NCBI GenBank assembly: GCA_040954595.2
Contig: CM082583.2
Span: 12,004,636 to 12,068,635 of the forward strand
Direction of reading: 5' to 3'
Source: Balanoglossus misakiensis
Lineage: Eukaryota > Animalia > Hemichordata
DNA: 64,000 nt
The notes beneath the pieces are model-generated. The model ran no database searches and was not told where the DNA came from. It saw only the letters and a list, made by a program, of their open reading frames with translations. Each line of letters opens with the position of its first letter. The first letter of the stretch is position 1. A program made the translations under genes and the position numbers. This document shows positions 15,401 to 27,300 of the stretch, one piece after another.

Positions 15401-18400
15401 AGATGAAAGGTATTTTCGCTTCGGGACATCTTAATTTATAGCCAGCGTGACATACCATCTTAACCCCAGTTCTCCTCGGATGTAAACTAAATATCTCGTT
15501 TAGTAACACTTACGCGTTTCTTTTCAAAGGTGAACTGGGGAATATCAGAGCCGTTGTTTTTGTTATTATTATCATGAGAAAAAAATAATAAGACCCCTCT
15601 TTGCGATTCATAAGACCAAAAGCACGCTTTAATTGAGAAAGGTGTATTATTTCCTTTAAAGTATATCTCCCTTGAGTATACAGCGCATATTCTAAACTTG
15701 CATGGCATGATACGGTTGCGTGAACGTGTTGTTTTGTAGCCCTTTTCACGGCACTTTTTGGACGTAGATATTACGCACCCATCACTTTTGCGGTTACATT
15801 TTCGCATTATGCTTCTCTTACCGTGGCAGATGGGACGACGTGCAACAATACGGTGATGCATTAAGAGGACCCATCAATGCTTTTTTCAGGCGGAGGTCAT
15901 AAATTCCCATGCCTTTGCCCCGGCACCACCTCGAAATGTCGAGTGTCTGTTTTAGTCGCACCAAGCGTTCCGATAAAACCGACTAAAGTACTGTTTAACT
16001 GCGATGTCTAGGGTTTTGACATATGCTTTTGCAAACTAGTCCCGCTCTTTATTAGGACCGTGTTTTCAAACGACAGCGCGCCCGGTAAAAGAGACGCGCA
16101 ATTGCAAAGAGAGGCCCGCGTCTTAAAACGTCTGTCCTTTACGTTAATGATCATAGTTATGGGTTAAAAATGATGTCTCCAAATGACTTCTGAAACCGAG
16201 TGTGACATTAAAACCCACCAAAGTGCATGTTACAGCCCTGCGCTAACAAAACCGTGCGTTTTATGGCGAGTCGTGTAAGCATAGGTATGCATCACGCCCG
16301 CGTTCCATACCCACCCTCACAATTCACTGACCAATTCTAGGACAGTCCCCCACTGGGAATTTAGCCACCAGTCACTTACCCCAACCCCGTCCCCTAACCC
16401 TAGCGCCAACTAATGGCTGAAAAAAATGTTCAGGTAGGGCAACTGTCCCGATACCGTACCCACTGACCACACCACTTGATCACAGAAGGAACACCGAAAA
16501 TATCTCTCTCCTGCTGGATGACGTCACTCTTTTCCTGTCGCAGCGATACCACTGGCGACTCTCTCAGGGAAACTGTTTCGGGTAATGCGAATTGACGTCT
16601 TCCGAGACACAGCGTTTCGGCACCCGCATTTTACGATTGCCGTGTACGCGTAGAGAAGCCGGCGAGTCAGTGGTGATTTTACGGTGTCATCTATCTTATA
16701 CTTACTGTTTACTTTGATTCCTCGCAACCTGTTAAAACATTTATAAAGTCTGAACGAGACGATGACAAGTGAATATAGCTGCGAACATTTGCCTAATACG
16801 TTGTCCCGGGCGTCTCTTTAACCCCTCGTTAGCCTGTTCTCGTCTCATCAAGTATTCATCCGCGTTTGTGTGATTTTAGTCAGTTTTGGCGTCTGCAATT
16901 AAAACTACAGAGTCCCCCTTCACCTTTGCGCTACACGCATTGTTACTTCGCGCGTCAAGCATCAAAGTCGATGGACGCAGTAATGGAAGTGAACAGGCCT
17001 GCGCTGCACTGTTTAGCACGTGTATATATAGTAAATCGAAATCTGGGTTCTTCGCTGAGAAATGCGAATTGTAATGTCGTGGAAAGAAAGGCAAGATTGT
17101 ATTGATTGAACCCCCTCCCCTCCCCCTGTCTGTATGTCTTTCTGTCTGTATCTCGCTCTCTCCCTGACATTTGCGTTTAATCAAAAACAGCCATATGATA
17201 ATCGATCAATAGCCACGCGTCTACAGTAATGAAATAACGCGTCGCACAGGAGAAACGTAAATAGACGCAAAACACGTCAGAGACAAAATGTAGACCTAAG
17301 ATAGTTTCCAGCACTATCAGCAAAGTTCACCAAACATCAAGGAAAATGGTGCATGGAATTTCAGCCCGAATTAATGAGTTTCTCTAAAAAATATTGTTTG
17401 CATAATTCTAAATTTACGTTGGATCTCCACGTACCTCCCGTTATAATATAGAATGCAGACTTTTGAGAACTCGTGGATAATTGAGATGATTTGGAATAAT
17501 AACCAAGAGGTTGAACAGTGGCAGCGGAGTCTGCTTTTCAGAGAATAGGCCGGATTGGATTTACTTTGCCTTCCCGATTGTTGCGTATATGTGTTATCAG
17601 GAAAACCAAGGCAGCGTATATATCTGTACACGTAGCCCGCAGCCACTAAATCTGTCTATGAAATCAAGGAGGCCAAGCAATTCATTAGGAAACCTTGTAT
17701 TAAGCAGTAATTCAATTATACCTCCGCCTTTTCTATGTCTAGATTAATTTCTGCATCACATCTTGATTTGATTTTCAACATTTTTATTTTGATTGTGACT
17801 CTGTGTCGAGAGCGGGGTTGCCGTCTCTAATGAAGACGGTATTGTGCGCTTTGGGACTGCGTGTTTGCTCGCCCCAGAAAACACCATTTAGATTTTGTTT
17901 GCTGTGTAATCTTTGCTAGCTGATACTACTACACCAGTTTGTATCGATATTCTGTTTTTTTTTTCATTGATCATTCGTCCGGGCCTTTCAAAGCCGAGTT
18001 CTGCTACGGTTGGAATGAGTCGATTTCATTTCCCTCTGAGCCGTTCACCGTTGGCGTTTCAATCGCACAATATCAGGTGCGCGTCTCCGCCACTCCTTTC
18101 GCGTCGTGTTCATCAATATATTCCCAACTTCCACCCGCCGCCTCTGAGTGGTTTATGAATTAGCAAAAAACATGTAATGATTGATACCCACGGTGAGATT
18201 TCACGTTTATCGAATTTTTGATTGAAGAAGTCGCGATTTTCAAGAAATCTATTTCATGTTTTTTTTACTCGAGTCGGCGAGGCATCCTTGTAGTATACAT
18301 GGCGACTCTGTGAGTCCGAATCAAGACTATTTTCAAATCTTTCGTTCCGGCAACAAACAAAATGCACCAAAAACGTCAAAAGGCATCCCACGGCGTAACA

Positions 18401-21124
18401 GATAAATATGATGAAAAAAATGTTAGTTCAAATCACACTGAATTGAATTTCATGGATTTTAGTCCTGAAATGCAAATTTCTTTTGCCTATCGATTCCAGA
18501 TAAAACCCAAGCGGTCATAAGACAGTCACTGTCTGCACCCGTTGTCCTCATATATTGTCTAAGCCTTATCTATTGTTCTGTTCTGGCGCTCCCAGCAATA
18601 TCCGCTTTCCCCATTGATTGCCGTTTTCTGATACTTCGCCGGCGAATCGAATGAAAGACCGAAAATTAAGTTATCTGTAAGCGTTCCGTGCGCGTGACAG
18701 CTGACCAGTATCGGGTACTCTATGATTTCGTTATTACCGAATTAATTCTATTGCCCGGCTCGCCGGAGAAGTGACGCGATGCAAATTACGAAACTGGAAA
18801 TTGGGTAGTCGCTGATACTTGATACAAAAAATATATATGTGTGTCCAAAATTGAAACAGCAATATGAGAGAGATTGCTGCAGTGCCGTGTAGACTTGTAT
18901 ACAGCACTTCAAGATAATAGTATTGTTGATTTCCGGGACAATTTCCTTTTGTGGCGGTAACGATAGAGAGTGAGAGAGTAAATGAAATCAACATTATTGA
19001 AATGTACAACCCACCGACAGATATGGTCTCAACTGATGAAATCTCCACTCGACATATTAGTATTACCCCGTTTTCAATGAAATCCTCTTGCTAGTGTCAT
19101 TGCTAATCGACTCCCAATCTCCACTCACTAATATTATTAAGAATCTAATATTAAATCCCTCAATTGTGTTAAATTTCCCGACCAGCACATAGAAGGGAAT
19201 TATCAACACCACTTGTGTCCAAACAGTGCGCAATAATTTGACCAGTATTAAATTATGCTAACTGAGTATCGAGAGACATTATACAGCGTGTATATTAAAA
19301 AGTGGAGTGCGGACGGAAGTGATGGTTTGATTGCAATTGTGGCGGCAAGAATGTGAACTGCGTGCTCTGACGTGAGAAAGTTGCCGAAGTCGTTCGGTCG
19401 TCTAACAGTGGCACATTTTCGAACAGACTATATATTCGCGCGAAGTAATCGGAGAAAACTTCGCACAGACCACGGGCGTTAATGTCATAATTTCATTTCC
19501 TGGTGTAAAACGCGACATGCTTGACCAAAGTTCCCGTCAAATACCGATGCATATTAAAAATTGGAACAAAATTTACGAGCAATTTACACGACGCTTAAAT
19601 GATCGCGCCCGGCCCCGGCTGCTGCCGCGGCTCGATGAGAGAGTAACGCATATTGATATTTGGATGCCTTATTGGTCATTAGGATATATGTGATGTGAAA
19701 GCTTAATACGGGGTATTAGTTTGAGCTTTGTCATTTGCGATCCGAATAGACACATCGATTGAGTGTGTTTCCTGTGGCTTTTCGCTCCTGTCGCGTTTTA
19801 AAAGCATTCCAAGCGGCAGCCGTCCCCTGCTGGCCCGCTGACAGGATCCGTTCTACCGACGGAGGCCAGGTTTTCCCCTCCCCTCTATAACCGCTCTCTG
19901 TTTCCTCAGGATTTCACCTTGGTGGCTGGCTACAATATGTAATATACGATTTATGCATTCCGAATGAGAGTGGGCATTATTTTTTCATGCGCACAAACCA
20001 GCTGTCTGGCAATTTACCCGGTTGCTTGACGTTCTCGCATGGTTGGAACACACCAAATAGGAACACGATCCATTATAGGATGATAAGTCAATAGCGCCGT
20101 GAATCGGTATCGAAAATTAAACAACCTCAAATGCCTGTATCCGCACTTTTAATATCGCCAATCATTAAAAATTTAATATTTTTTTTGTCAGTGACAAAAT
20201 ATATCGGCAGACAAGCATAGCAACGTTTTGATGAAGTCTCCGGCGCTGGAAGTCTGTCTTGATTGAAAAAGAAGATCAGGCGGAACACACACCACGCAAC
20301 AGTCGTATAGTACACCCCGCTTAATAAATTCCCCCGAAAGCCTTTCACGCATACACACAAGGCAAAAAGAGAGCAAAATACGAAGTTAAAAAGTGATGTC
20401 AGCGGCCTCTAATTTGACTAATGGCGATTACCTGGGACGTCCATGCGACTAAAACGCATCCATGCAACCAAATAGAAAGAAATCTACCTTCAAGGATTTG
20501 TTTAAATTTCGCCGAAAACACCATCAATGTAATGAGAATAGCGAGAAACGATTACCAACGTTATTGTGGACCGTGGTTATTCCTTTCTAATCCCGCGCTA
20601 GGATTTACAAAGATTAAACCACCCCACCATCCGCGATGATAGAATTTGAAAACCAACAGTTCACGGGAACATTGTCAGACACGCAAAAGCATTAACGGTT
20701 GCACTGGAGATTAATCAAGGACGTCAGGATCCCCGGCGGTGGCGCGTGAGAATCTGTCACGCTCCCTTCCCTCAAGTGTATACGCGCCTTGTTAGTTTGG
20801 CGTTGACGCAGCACTCGGTCGAGAATACTCCAGCTTATCACCATCAACATCATCATCATCATCATCGGGATTATTTTGCATCGAGCAATACAACCATCTC
20901 TGGCGCAAATAAAAACTTTCCTCATTTTGTACGGTAGCGGGAACGAACACTCATTAGAAAACTTTGACAACGAGTAAATAAACAATGTCAAGTTTGACCT
21001 CGACGGAAAGTGCGAACAAAATAATAACAGTGTTCGCTTCGGAAATTATTCTGACCCAATTAATGTTGAAGGTTGAAGAATTACTCTTACCTGAGACAAT
21101 ATCCATGGTTTCGATTTCCATCAT
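322..21124 (-). CDS. NR2E3: Photoreceptor-specific nuclear receptor NR2E3/PNR, full 8-exon gene model, 436 aa: join(21124..21091,15049..14806,13790..13687,2812..2585,1766..1555,1394..1145,716..611,454..322)
   Basis: C4 zinc fingers [62 protein letters not shown] carry the NR2E3-type P-box CNGCSG (TLX has CDGCSG). Also [10 protein letters not shown]-box, hinge [25 protein letters not shown], and LBD ending LLCDMFKN*. All introns are GT-AG with phases 1,2,1,1,0,1,2, and exons sum to 1311 nt. Confidence 0.95.
611..716 (-). CDS. NR2E3: NR2E3 exon 7 (LBD)
   Basis: ctag|AT ACA CGC: [36 protein letters not shown], donor AG|gttagt; 106 nt. Confidence 0.95.
1145..1394 (-). CDS. NR2E3: NR2E3 exon 6 (LBD)
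   Basis: ccag|GTA ATC TTA: [14 protein letters not shown]...[17 protein letters not shown], donor G|gtaagc; 250 nt. Confidence 0.95.
1555..1766 (-). CDS. NR2E3: NR2E3 exon 5 (hinge and LBD H3-H4)
   Basis: Polypyrimidine tract then tcag|; VDENIDVT...[32 protein letters not shown]|gttagt; 212 nt. Confidence 0.95.
2585..2812 (-). CDS. NR2E3: NR2E3 exon 4 (T-box and hinge)
   Basis: gcag|CC GTG CAA: [14 protein letters not shown]...[21 protein letters not shown]|gtaggt; 228 nt. Confidence 0.95.
9183..9270 (+). repeat. Polypurine (GGGA/GGA)-rich low-complexity tract with G-quadruplex/triplex potential
   Basis: aggggataaggaggaagggagggattgagggagagagggaggggagagggagg...; many GGG runs with short loops, in NR2E3 intron 3. 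Confidence 0.75.
13687..13790 (-). CDS. NR2E3: NR2E3 exon 3 (second zinc finger)
   Basis: ttccag|G TGT CAG: [36 protein letters not shown]|gtaagg; 104 nt. Confidence 0.96.
14806..15049 (-). CDS. NR2E3: NR2E3 exon 2 (N-terminal region and first zinc finger)
   Basis: Tandem acceptor tag/cag (exon start 15049 or 15046); AETQAHSG...[37 protein letters not shown]|gtaatc. Confidence 0.93.
16334..16460. mobile_element. Degenerate MITE-like element with internal CCCTAACCC
   Basis: Imperfect inverted ends ttctaggacagtccccc / gggcaactgtcccgata, telomere-like cccctaaccctag inside, flanked by direct repeat cactgacca (16325-16333 and 16461-16469). Confidence 0.5.
21091..21124 (-). CDS. NR2E3: NR2E3 exon 1 coding part ([11 protein letters not shown])
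   Basis: ATG ATG GAA ATC GAA ACC ATG GAT ATT GTC TCA G|gtaaga. Strong donor, phase 1 matches the exon 2 acceptor, and it lies just downstream of TATA and CCAAT boxes. Too short for homology support. Confidence 0.7.
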
Positions 21125-21187
21125 TGGCAGGATGTAAGCTTAGTTTTACAACCACCCGAGTGATGAACAAACCCCAGACCCGACTGA

Positions 21188-21322
21188 TTATATAGATAAC
21201 GGTGCAACCATCTACCCGAACGGCAACACGCTCTTGAGTTCAATACAGCACGGGCCAATCAAACAACACGTCTCATGTGACTTCAATTACACCTGTTCAT
21301 TATGGGGCTCTCTCATTGGCTG
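21188..21322 (-). promoter_or_regulatory. Putative NR2E3 core promoter: TATA box plus two NF-Y CCAAT boxes
   Basis: Minus-strand TATATAA at 21194-21188, about 64 nt upstream of the ATG. GGCCAATCA (core 21255-21259, + strand) and AGCCAATGA (core 21319-21315, - strand) both match the NF-Y consensus. Confidence 0.65.
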
Positions 21323-24300
21323 CTGTCGTGACACTTGACAGCTTAACTGCGTGTCACGCGGTTTGCATTTTCTGTTACATTAAGCATTTCAATAAGTCGC
21401 TATTTATTAAACTAATCACCGGACAATGAAGCACCAGCGGAGAAACATATTGCCAGCAACAGCACCACTTCCAAAAAACTCACTTTCGACGGGGAGAATT
21501 CACGCCGACAGCCGAGGCAGCCAAGCGAGCTGCAGACAGCGTCAGGCGGCGAGAAGCGGTTTGATGGATCGAAGAATAAAGTACGGTAATAAAACGTATG
21601 ATAATATTGTAACCGAGCACCGCCTATCATGTATTACACACAAAACCCGTTCTGGTAACGCCTACAACGTAAACGAGGAATTTGGACGTTGGCGTATTTT
21701 TTGTCATATTTCAGAGGAACGGAAACCGCGTTTTAGTGCGAAAAAACTACAGTCAAACCTAACAGCAGGAGCAAAACTCAGTCGTGTACATACCGTTAAA
21801 CTCTATGCCTGTTTCATCACACAAATAATATTCGCCGGATTAATTGCAAAACCGTAATATCAATATTAATTAAAAACGCTCTTTGACGAACTCTGTCTGA
21901 CTCTTTGGGACAAAAATTAAAAAGCGTGAGAGTGTTTTGTTCAGGGCTATTTTATGAATTGATGCGCCAATTAATTAAGCATTAATAATGGAATAGGTCA
22001 GATTCGTTTTGTGTTTGACAATTTGGACGTGTAATGTTAATTGTACAGATAATGGAGACGAGCAATTATCTGCGTATTCCAGCAACATACCCCCTGATTC
22101 TGGTTGTTGTAATTTCGTGCTTAAATACAAGCACACTCAAGTGTTGGATGTGTGTGACGACACTTTTTATCATGGACATGGAAGAATCTTTTGATGGAGA
22201 TGCTGTTTTAAAACAATAACTTCTAGCAAAACCACGCAAGCTTCACAGACGAGCTTATCAGGACAGAATCTTGGAACACTAACTTTATCATTATCAATAA
22301 AATGCACAAAAGTCAAGTACGTGTTCTCCGCTTTTGAGATCAACCGGTATTGATCAGTTGGCGCGATATTGAAGGCGTATCGTATATCGGCGTTGCCGTT
22401 GCTCGGGTCGTAAAAGGGTGTAGAAGATTGCACGACCCTCTCGGAGATAGCAACCGATAGGTGAAAGAGAGGCAGCGACATCTGAAACTGACAACAATTG
22501 CTGTTGTTGCGTCGAGAGTTCCCTCTTATCCAGACGAGGCGGGGGGGGGGGGTGTACATCCAACCTCTTCCACAGAGAGACTCGTGGAGAAAAATACTCA
22601 CAGGGGAACATGGGAAGACCATTTAGTGGAGATTGTTGACTCTACACGTACGCATGTACATGTCCCGTTCTGTAACAACGCTCAAAGACCACACCGATGA
22701 TGGTTGTCGCCAATTAACACAGAGACAAAGGACAATGATCATCGATATTCAATATTTTATACTAAATTGTTTTCTGTGCAATTATTTACATTAATTTAAC
22801 AAAGGGGCCATCTAGATTCAATTAATAATGTGTAATTGACGCTAGAAAAAATTAAAATTAAAATCGTTAGAACATCAAAATGGGAATAATGTATACGGGA
22901 TCGTATGGTGGTAGGCGAGTGGACTGTGATCGACAGAAACTTTGAGGCGATGATACTCCTGGTTGATATTCTGACAAGAAAAATAGGACAGAAATTCATG
23001 ATATAGGAGACGATGAACTACAATCTATACTTGCGTATGGCCTTGAAAAAAAAATTGCAAGGCACCCTGGGTGCATTCACACTTACTGTCATGGAATAAA
23101 ATACCTTATCAAATATCGCAATAAAACGGGATTATTTCTTGATAATTTCTTAAGATCAGATGCGAATGCGGCATTGTTAATTGTGGAAAGTGATCTGGAT
23201 GCGCACTGAGTTGAGAACTCGGGCGCGTTGACAACGTAAATTAGGGGCTGTTGCAAATGTCTTTCCAGAAATTTGGCGAAAGGGATTTTCATTTACGATG
23301 TAATTGCTGTACACTTGGACTTGTTAGGTGTAATTTGTCATTGCCCGGGATATTCGTCATATTTTGCGGCTCTTATTATCGCTTAAAGAGTAGACCGTAT
23401 TATACAGATTTCTTGATCATCTGATCAAGGAATTTTGATTCAGCGTCGTCGTTCTGGTGAGTACGTGCGTATGCTGCCGTGTTCGCCGGGCGGAGGTGAA
23501 CACGACGGCCGTCGAATATCACCACCGCGCCGCGGCTCCAACGCATCTCCGCGACACGGGGCTTCCACAACGTCACGCCGAATGCGCACTCTAATAAGCC
23601 GCCGAATAAAGCGCACGGCTGCCGAAAGAACTCTCTCCGACATGAAATATAATAAAGGGCGAATTAGTGAGTATTTTTCTGCTTTACAAGTTCCATTATC
23701 GACACACAGAAGGTTATTTAACGAGTGACTTGTCGCAAACTGGGTTCTAATCTTTTGACCGACACTTCTGTTTTGTTGCTGCTCTTTGATGCCTGCATTG
23801 TCAATATTGAACAGAACGGTTGCCCCGGCAACAGTTTCCGTAGCATTTTTCACTCCAGCAGACGTGGTCCCAGAGAAACCGAGTCTGGCGGATAACGTAT
23901 CGAACTCCTGTCAGCGACAGAAAGGTGTAACATCGTTAAAAGAATCACTGCGACAGCAAAAGTTCCAATGATGGGCGATAAATGCAATTTTTTTCAACAG
24001 AAGCGACACAAAGTCGGTTATTTACGAAGGAAGATTATCAGTATATCTCACACATTCCATTCCAAAAAAGATGCGTTCAAAAAGACAACGCGAAAGTCGT
24101 TAGTGTTTAAGTTTGGGCACCTCAACTTCTAAGTCTCCCGGATGTAGGTCCCGTCGTCTCCATGAAGTGACGTATCCTATTATACATTTCACACATTAAC
24201 GTCACAATAACTTATTAAATTGTCTCACGTTCCCATCGGTTTGACGAAAGCACACTTTATTATCTCGGAAAACATATCTCCTCCGGGCACTGAGAGACAA

Positions 24301-27300
24301 ATGGAAGTAAATCGTCCTCAATTTGACAATTTGATAAACAAGATGAAAAAGAAGGAAAGTTTCAATTTGAGAATGTCAGTAGAACATTTCGGCCAATCAA
24401 AAGCTTTACCTTTTTTTCTAGTGAGTGTCACTCATGGTTTCTTCCGCGTTACTTTCAAAAGTGAGTTTTTTTTTTAAATAAAAGCCGTAAACATCCATTA
24501 TAGCTGAATTTTTAAAAATGCTATCGGACAGCTTTACTGGGAGAAATCTTTGACGCGCAAAGAAGGATTAAAAACGACACGATTTTAACACAGATTTGAG
24601 CGCCGTAATGCTCCGAAAGCCGTCAGATAACGGAAGTCAGTATATTAATAAAAACACGCAAAGCGAGTAATTTCATCCGTAAATCGGTGTCAATAAAAAT
24701 TGGGTTAATATCAAAAAACAAGAAGGAAATCTGGAGGCAGAGAGATGACAGGGAACGGCTTGTTTTTAATCTGTAACGATAGATGTCGGCCATTTTGTCC
24801 ATTACTTTAATAGTTTCATTTAATCAGATAGTTTTCAATGTGTTGTGTTTTCGCCGTATAGTCGCTGGAATTTCCATGCCAATCTATGCTACGTTCATTG
24901 TATCGCCAGCGGGGATATACCACAGCTAGATTGCAATAATATCCCCCAGACCCGGATTAGGATAGCTTTTAGTGCGCCAGCAGCCGAACGCCCAACTTTG
25001 ACACATCTTACAGGAGATAGTACAGCATAAAAATGACAGAAAAAAATGAAAATAAAAAAATGGCAGACGATGCCAGTCAGATTAATCATTTCAAAAGATT
25101 AGAGGATCTGATGATCCACCCAAAGGTAAAATTAATTCGGGGGGTTTTCTAAGTTATTAAGTTACCCGCTTCTATACCTGAACGCCACTGGTGTTGAATA
25201 CCTGGCTTAAACAGCGCTTGCCAAGTCGCGGCAAGAAAAAAACCCAGTTAATTAATTTGTGACAGATCGTGATAAAAGATTAAGGAAACCTTTCTCCGAT
25301 ATTAAATGAAAATTTTCAGCAGATAATCCGAGTGGAGGATTCACAAGGTTGGATCAGAGCTAACCACAGCACACAAAACACCGGGAAACTAAATCACTTC
25401 AAGGAGTTCCGTGTGTATCAGCGCGACATACTTTTAAACAGATATATCTGCAAGCTTGAGTTTTGTTGAGAGACCCGTGTGAAATATTCCCAGCGACTAA
25501 TTTCATATCAAAGGATTTCCATCGATTTTCTGCTTGCGGAAATATCTCGTACTGTTTGTGAACTGCGAGGAAGCCCCGCTTTACATTTTGACGAAAGCGT
25601 TGCGTGTTTAACATACCAAATTAACTATGATACCTATAGTCTGATTGAAGGGTCGAAACTGAAATTAACTATTGCGTCATTTTTGGTCGGTCTTTATTTT
25701 CGCCCAATCACTTGCTAATCATCGCCTCCAATTATCTGGATTTCTGCGGAATGCAGCAAATCTCTCCGTAAATTCGATGAAAATTTGTTCAAAAAAATAG
25801 TCAAATAGCCCAATTCCCTGTCGATACTGCGCAGACCAAACTCTTGCAAATGTCCGTCATAGACCAAACCGTTATAGTTAGGATTAACGGTACGATTTTT
25901 TAAACAGTTATGTTTGATTTAAATTTCACCGTGAGCTAGCGTATTGATACGGCTGGCACTTTTGCACGTGTTTTGTGTATGGCTAAGGGATTATCATTCC
26001 TGATATGTAGTTAGTGATGTCTACAACGCGTGGATTGTTTTACTGAGGACACACACCGCCAAGCGAATAACAGTGGTGTTCTCGATATGTTGACCATATC
26101 AGAACAACACCAGGTTGTCAACCATTGTATTGGGCATTGATTTTTCTCAGTTTAAAATGTACTTTCGTGTGTTTTCACGAGCTTACATCGATGTAGTGAT
26201 GTTTAAGGATCATGCATATGCATGCGTGACAGACCGACAGACAGACTGCAGAGACAGACAGACAGACTGACAGTTAAGCTAAAGAACAGTAGTGATATTC
26301 GACCTATTGAGGGCGTACTTGACCTCGGAAACAAGCTTGGTTGTTTTTCGCACGACAGTCAACACATTTTTCTATAAGGAACACATGCGTACTCGTTGCA
26401 TCTTGAAATAACATATACATTTATGTCTTAAAGGGGCTGAGATAATTGATCACACACTTTTACATAGCAAGGAATTGAGAACTACAGTTTTTCTGAAAAT
26501 TTGTCACCGGTGCGCCTACATGAAATGTATGATGTATACCCAGTCATTGCAGTCACTTTCCATTGATATCTCAGATATGACACTGACGTCAGTTCTAGGG
26601 GTGAGAGGTCAATTGCCGTTTAACTATGCTGTCATCGCATGATCGATGAAATCGGAATATCAATCATTTCTGCGCTGACATGTTACAAAGTGTCAGCAAG
26701 GCAGTCAGTAATTTCTTTCGTCATATTTACTCTGTAACGACGTTTAGCGAATTTGGCGACGTTACTGTATGAATTTCAATGAAGGGAGAGGAGAGAGAAA
26801 AAGACACGCGCCATCAGTACTTTGAAATTTATTGACAGGCGTTGAATGAAATTGCGGTCCAAGTCATCAAAATGTGTCAAATACTCGTCATTTTCAATTT
26901 TGGAGGGCTCCCGGCAATCGATTGCGGGCGGACACTAATGCGGAAAATGATTCCATGGGAAATTGTGTGATTAAGGCGAATAAGTATGGAAAATTATAAC
27001 GTTAAAGATTCCTGAGAAATTAAATTTAACGATAATATTATATGCTAAGTACGACTTTTGGCCCGTACCTAAGGCGGTACCATATTGCTCGCTGCTAGTT
27101 TAGTTTTCGACATTTACGAACGATGATTAGGTTATCGCTATTCGTAATGAATAATTTCAAAACGTTTCTCCGGGCAAAATTTATTATGCTTCAAATATTG
27201 CCACCATCGGAGCTTGTTGCAATGCATTTAAACGCAGAATATAATCAAAATACGGGTTGATTGACGATTAATTGTCTGTTTTGTTTTGGTCTATTTAAAA

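Noticed and set aside
18291-18328. TAGT...GACTA foldback resembling the 69-bp MITE class
   Set aside because: Only about 12/18 arm identity and no TSD.
22170-22622. 150-aa minus-strand ORF upstream of NR2E3
   Set aside because: No motif or splice support; runs through a poly-G tract.
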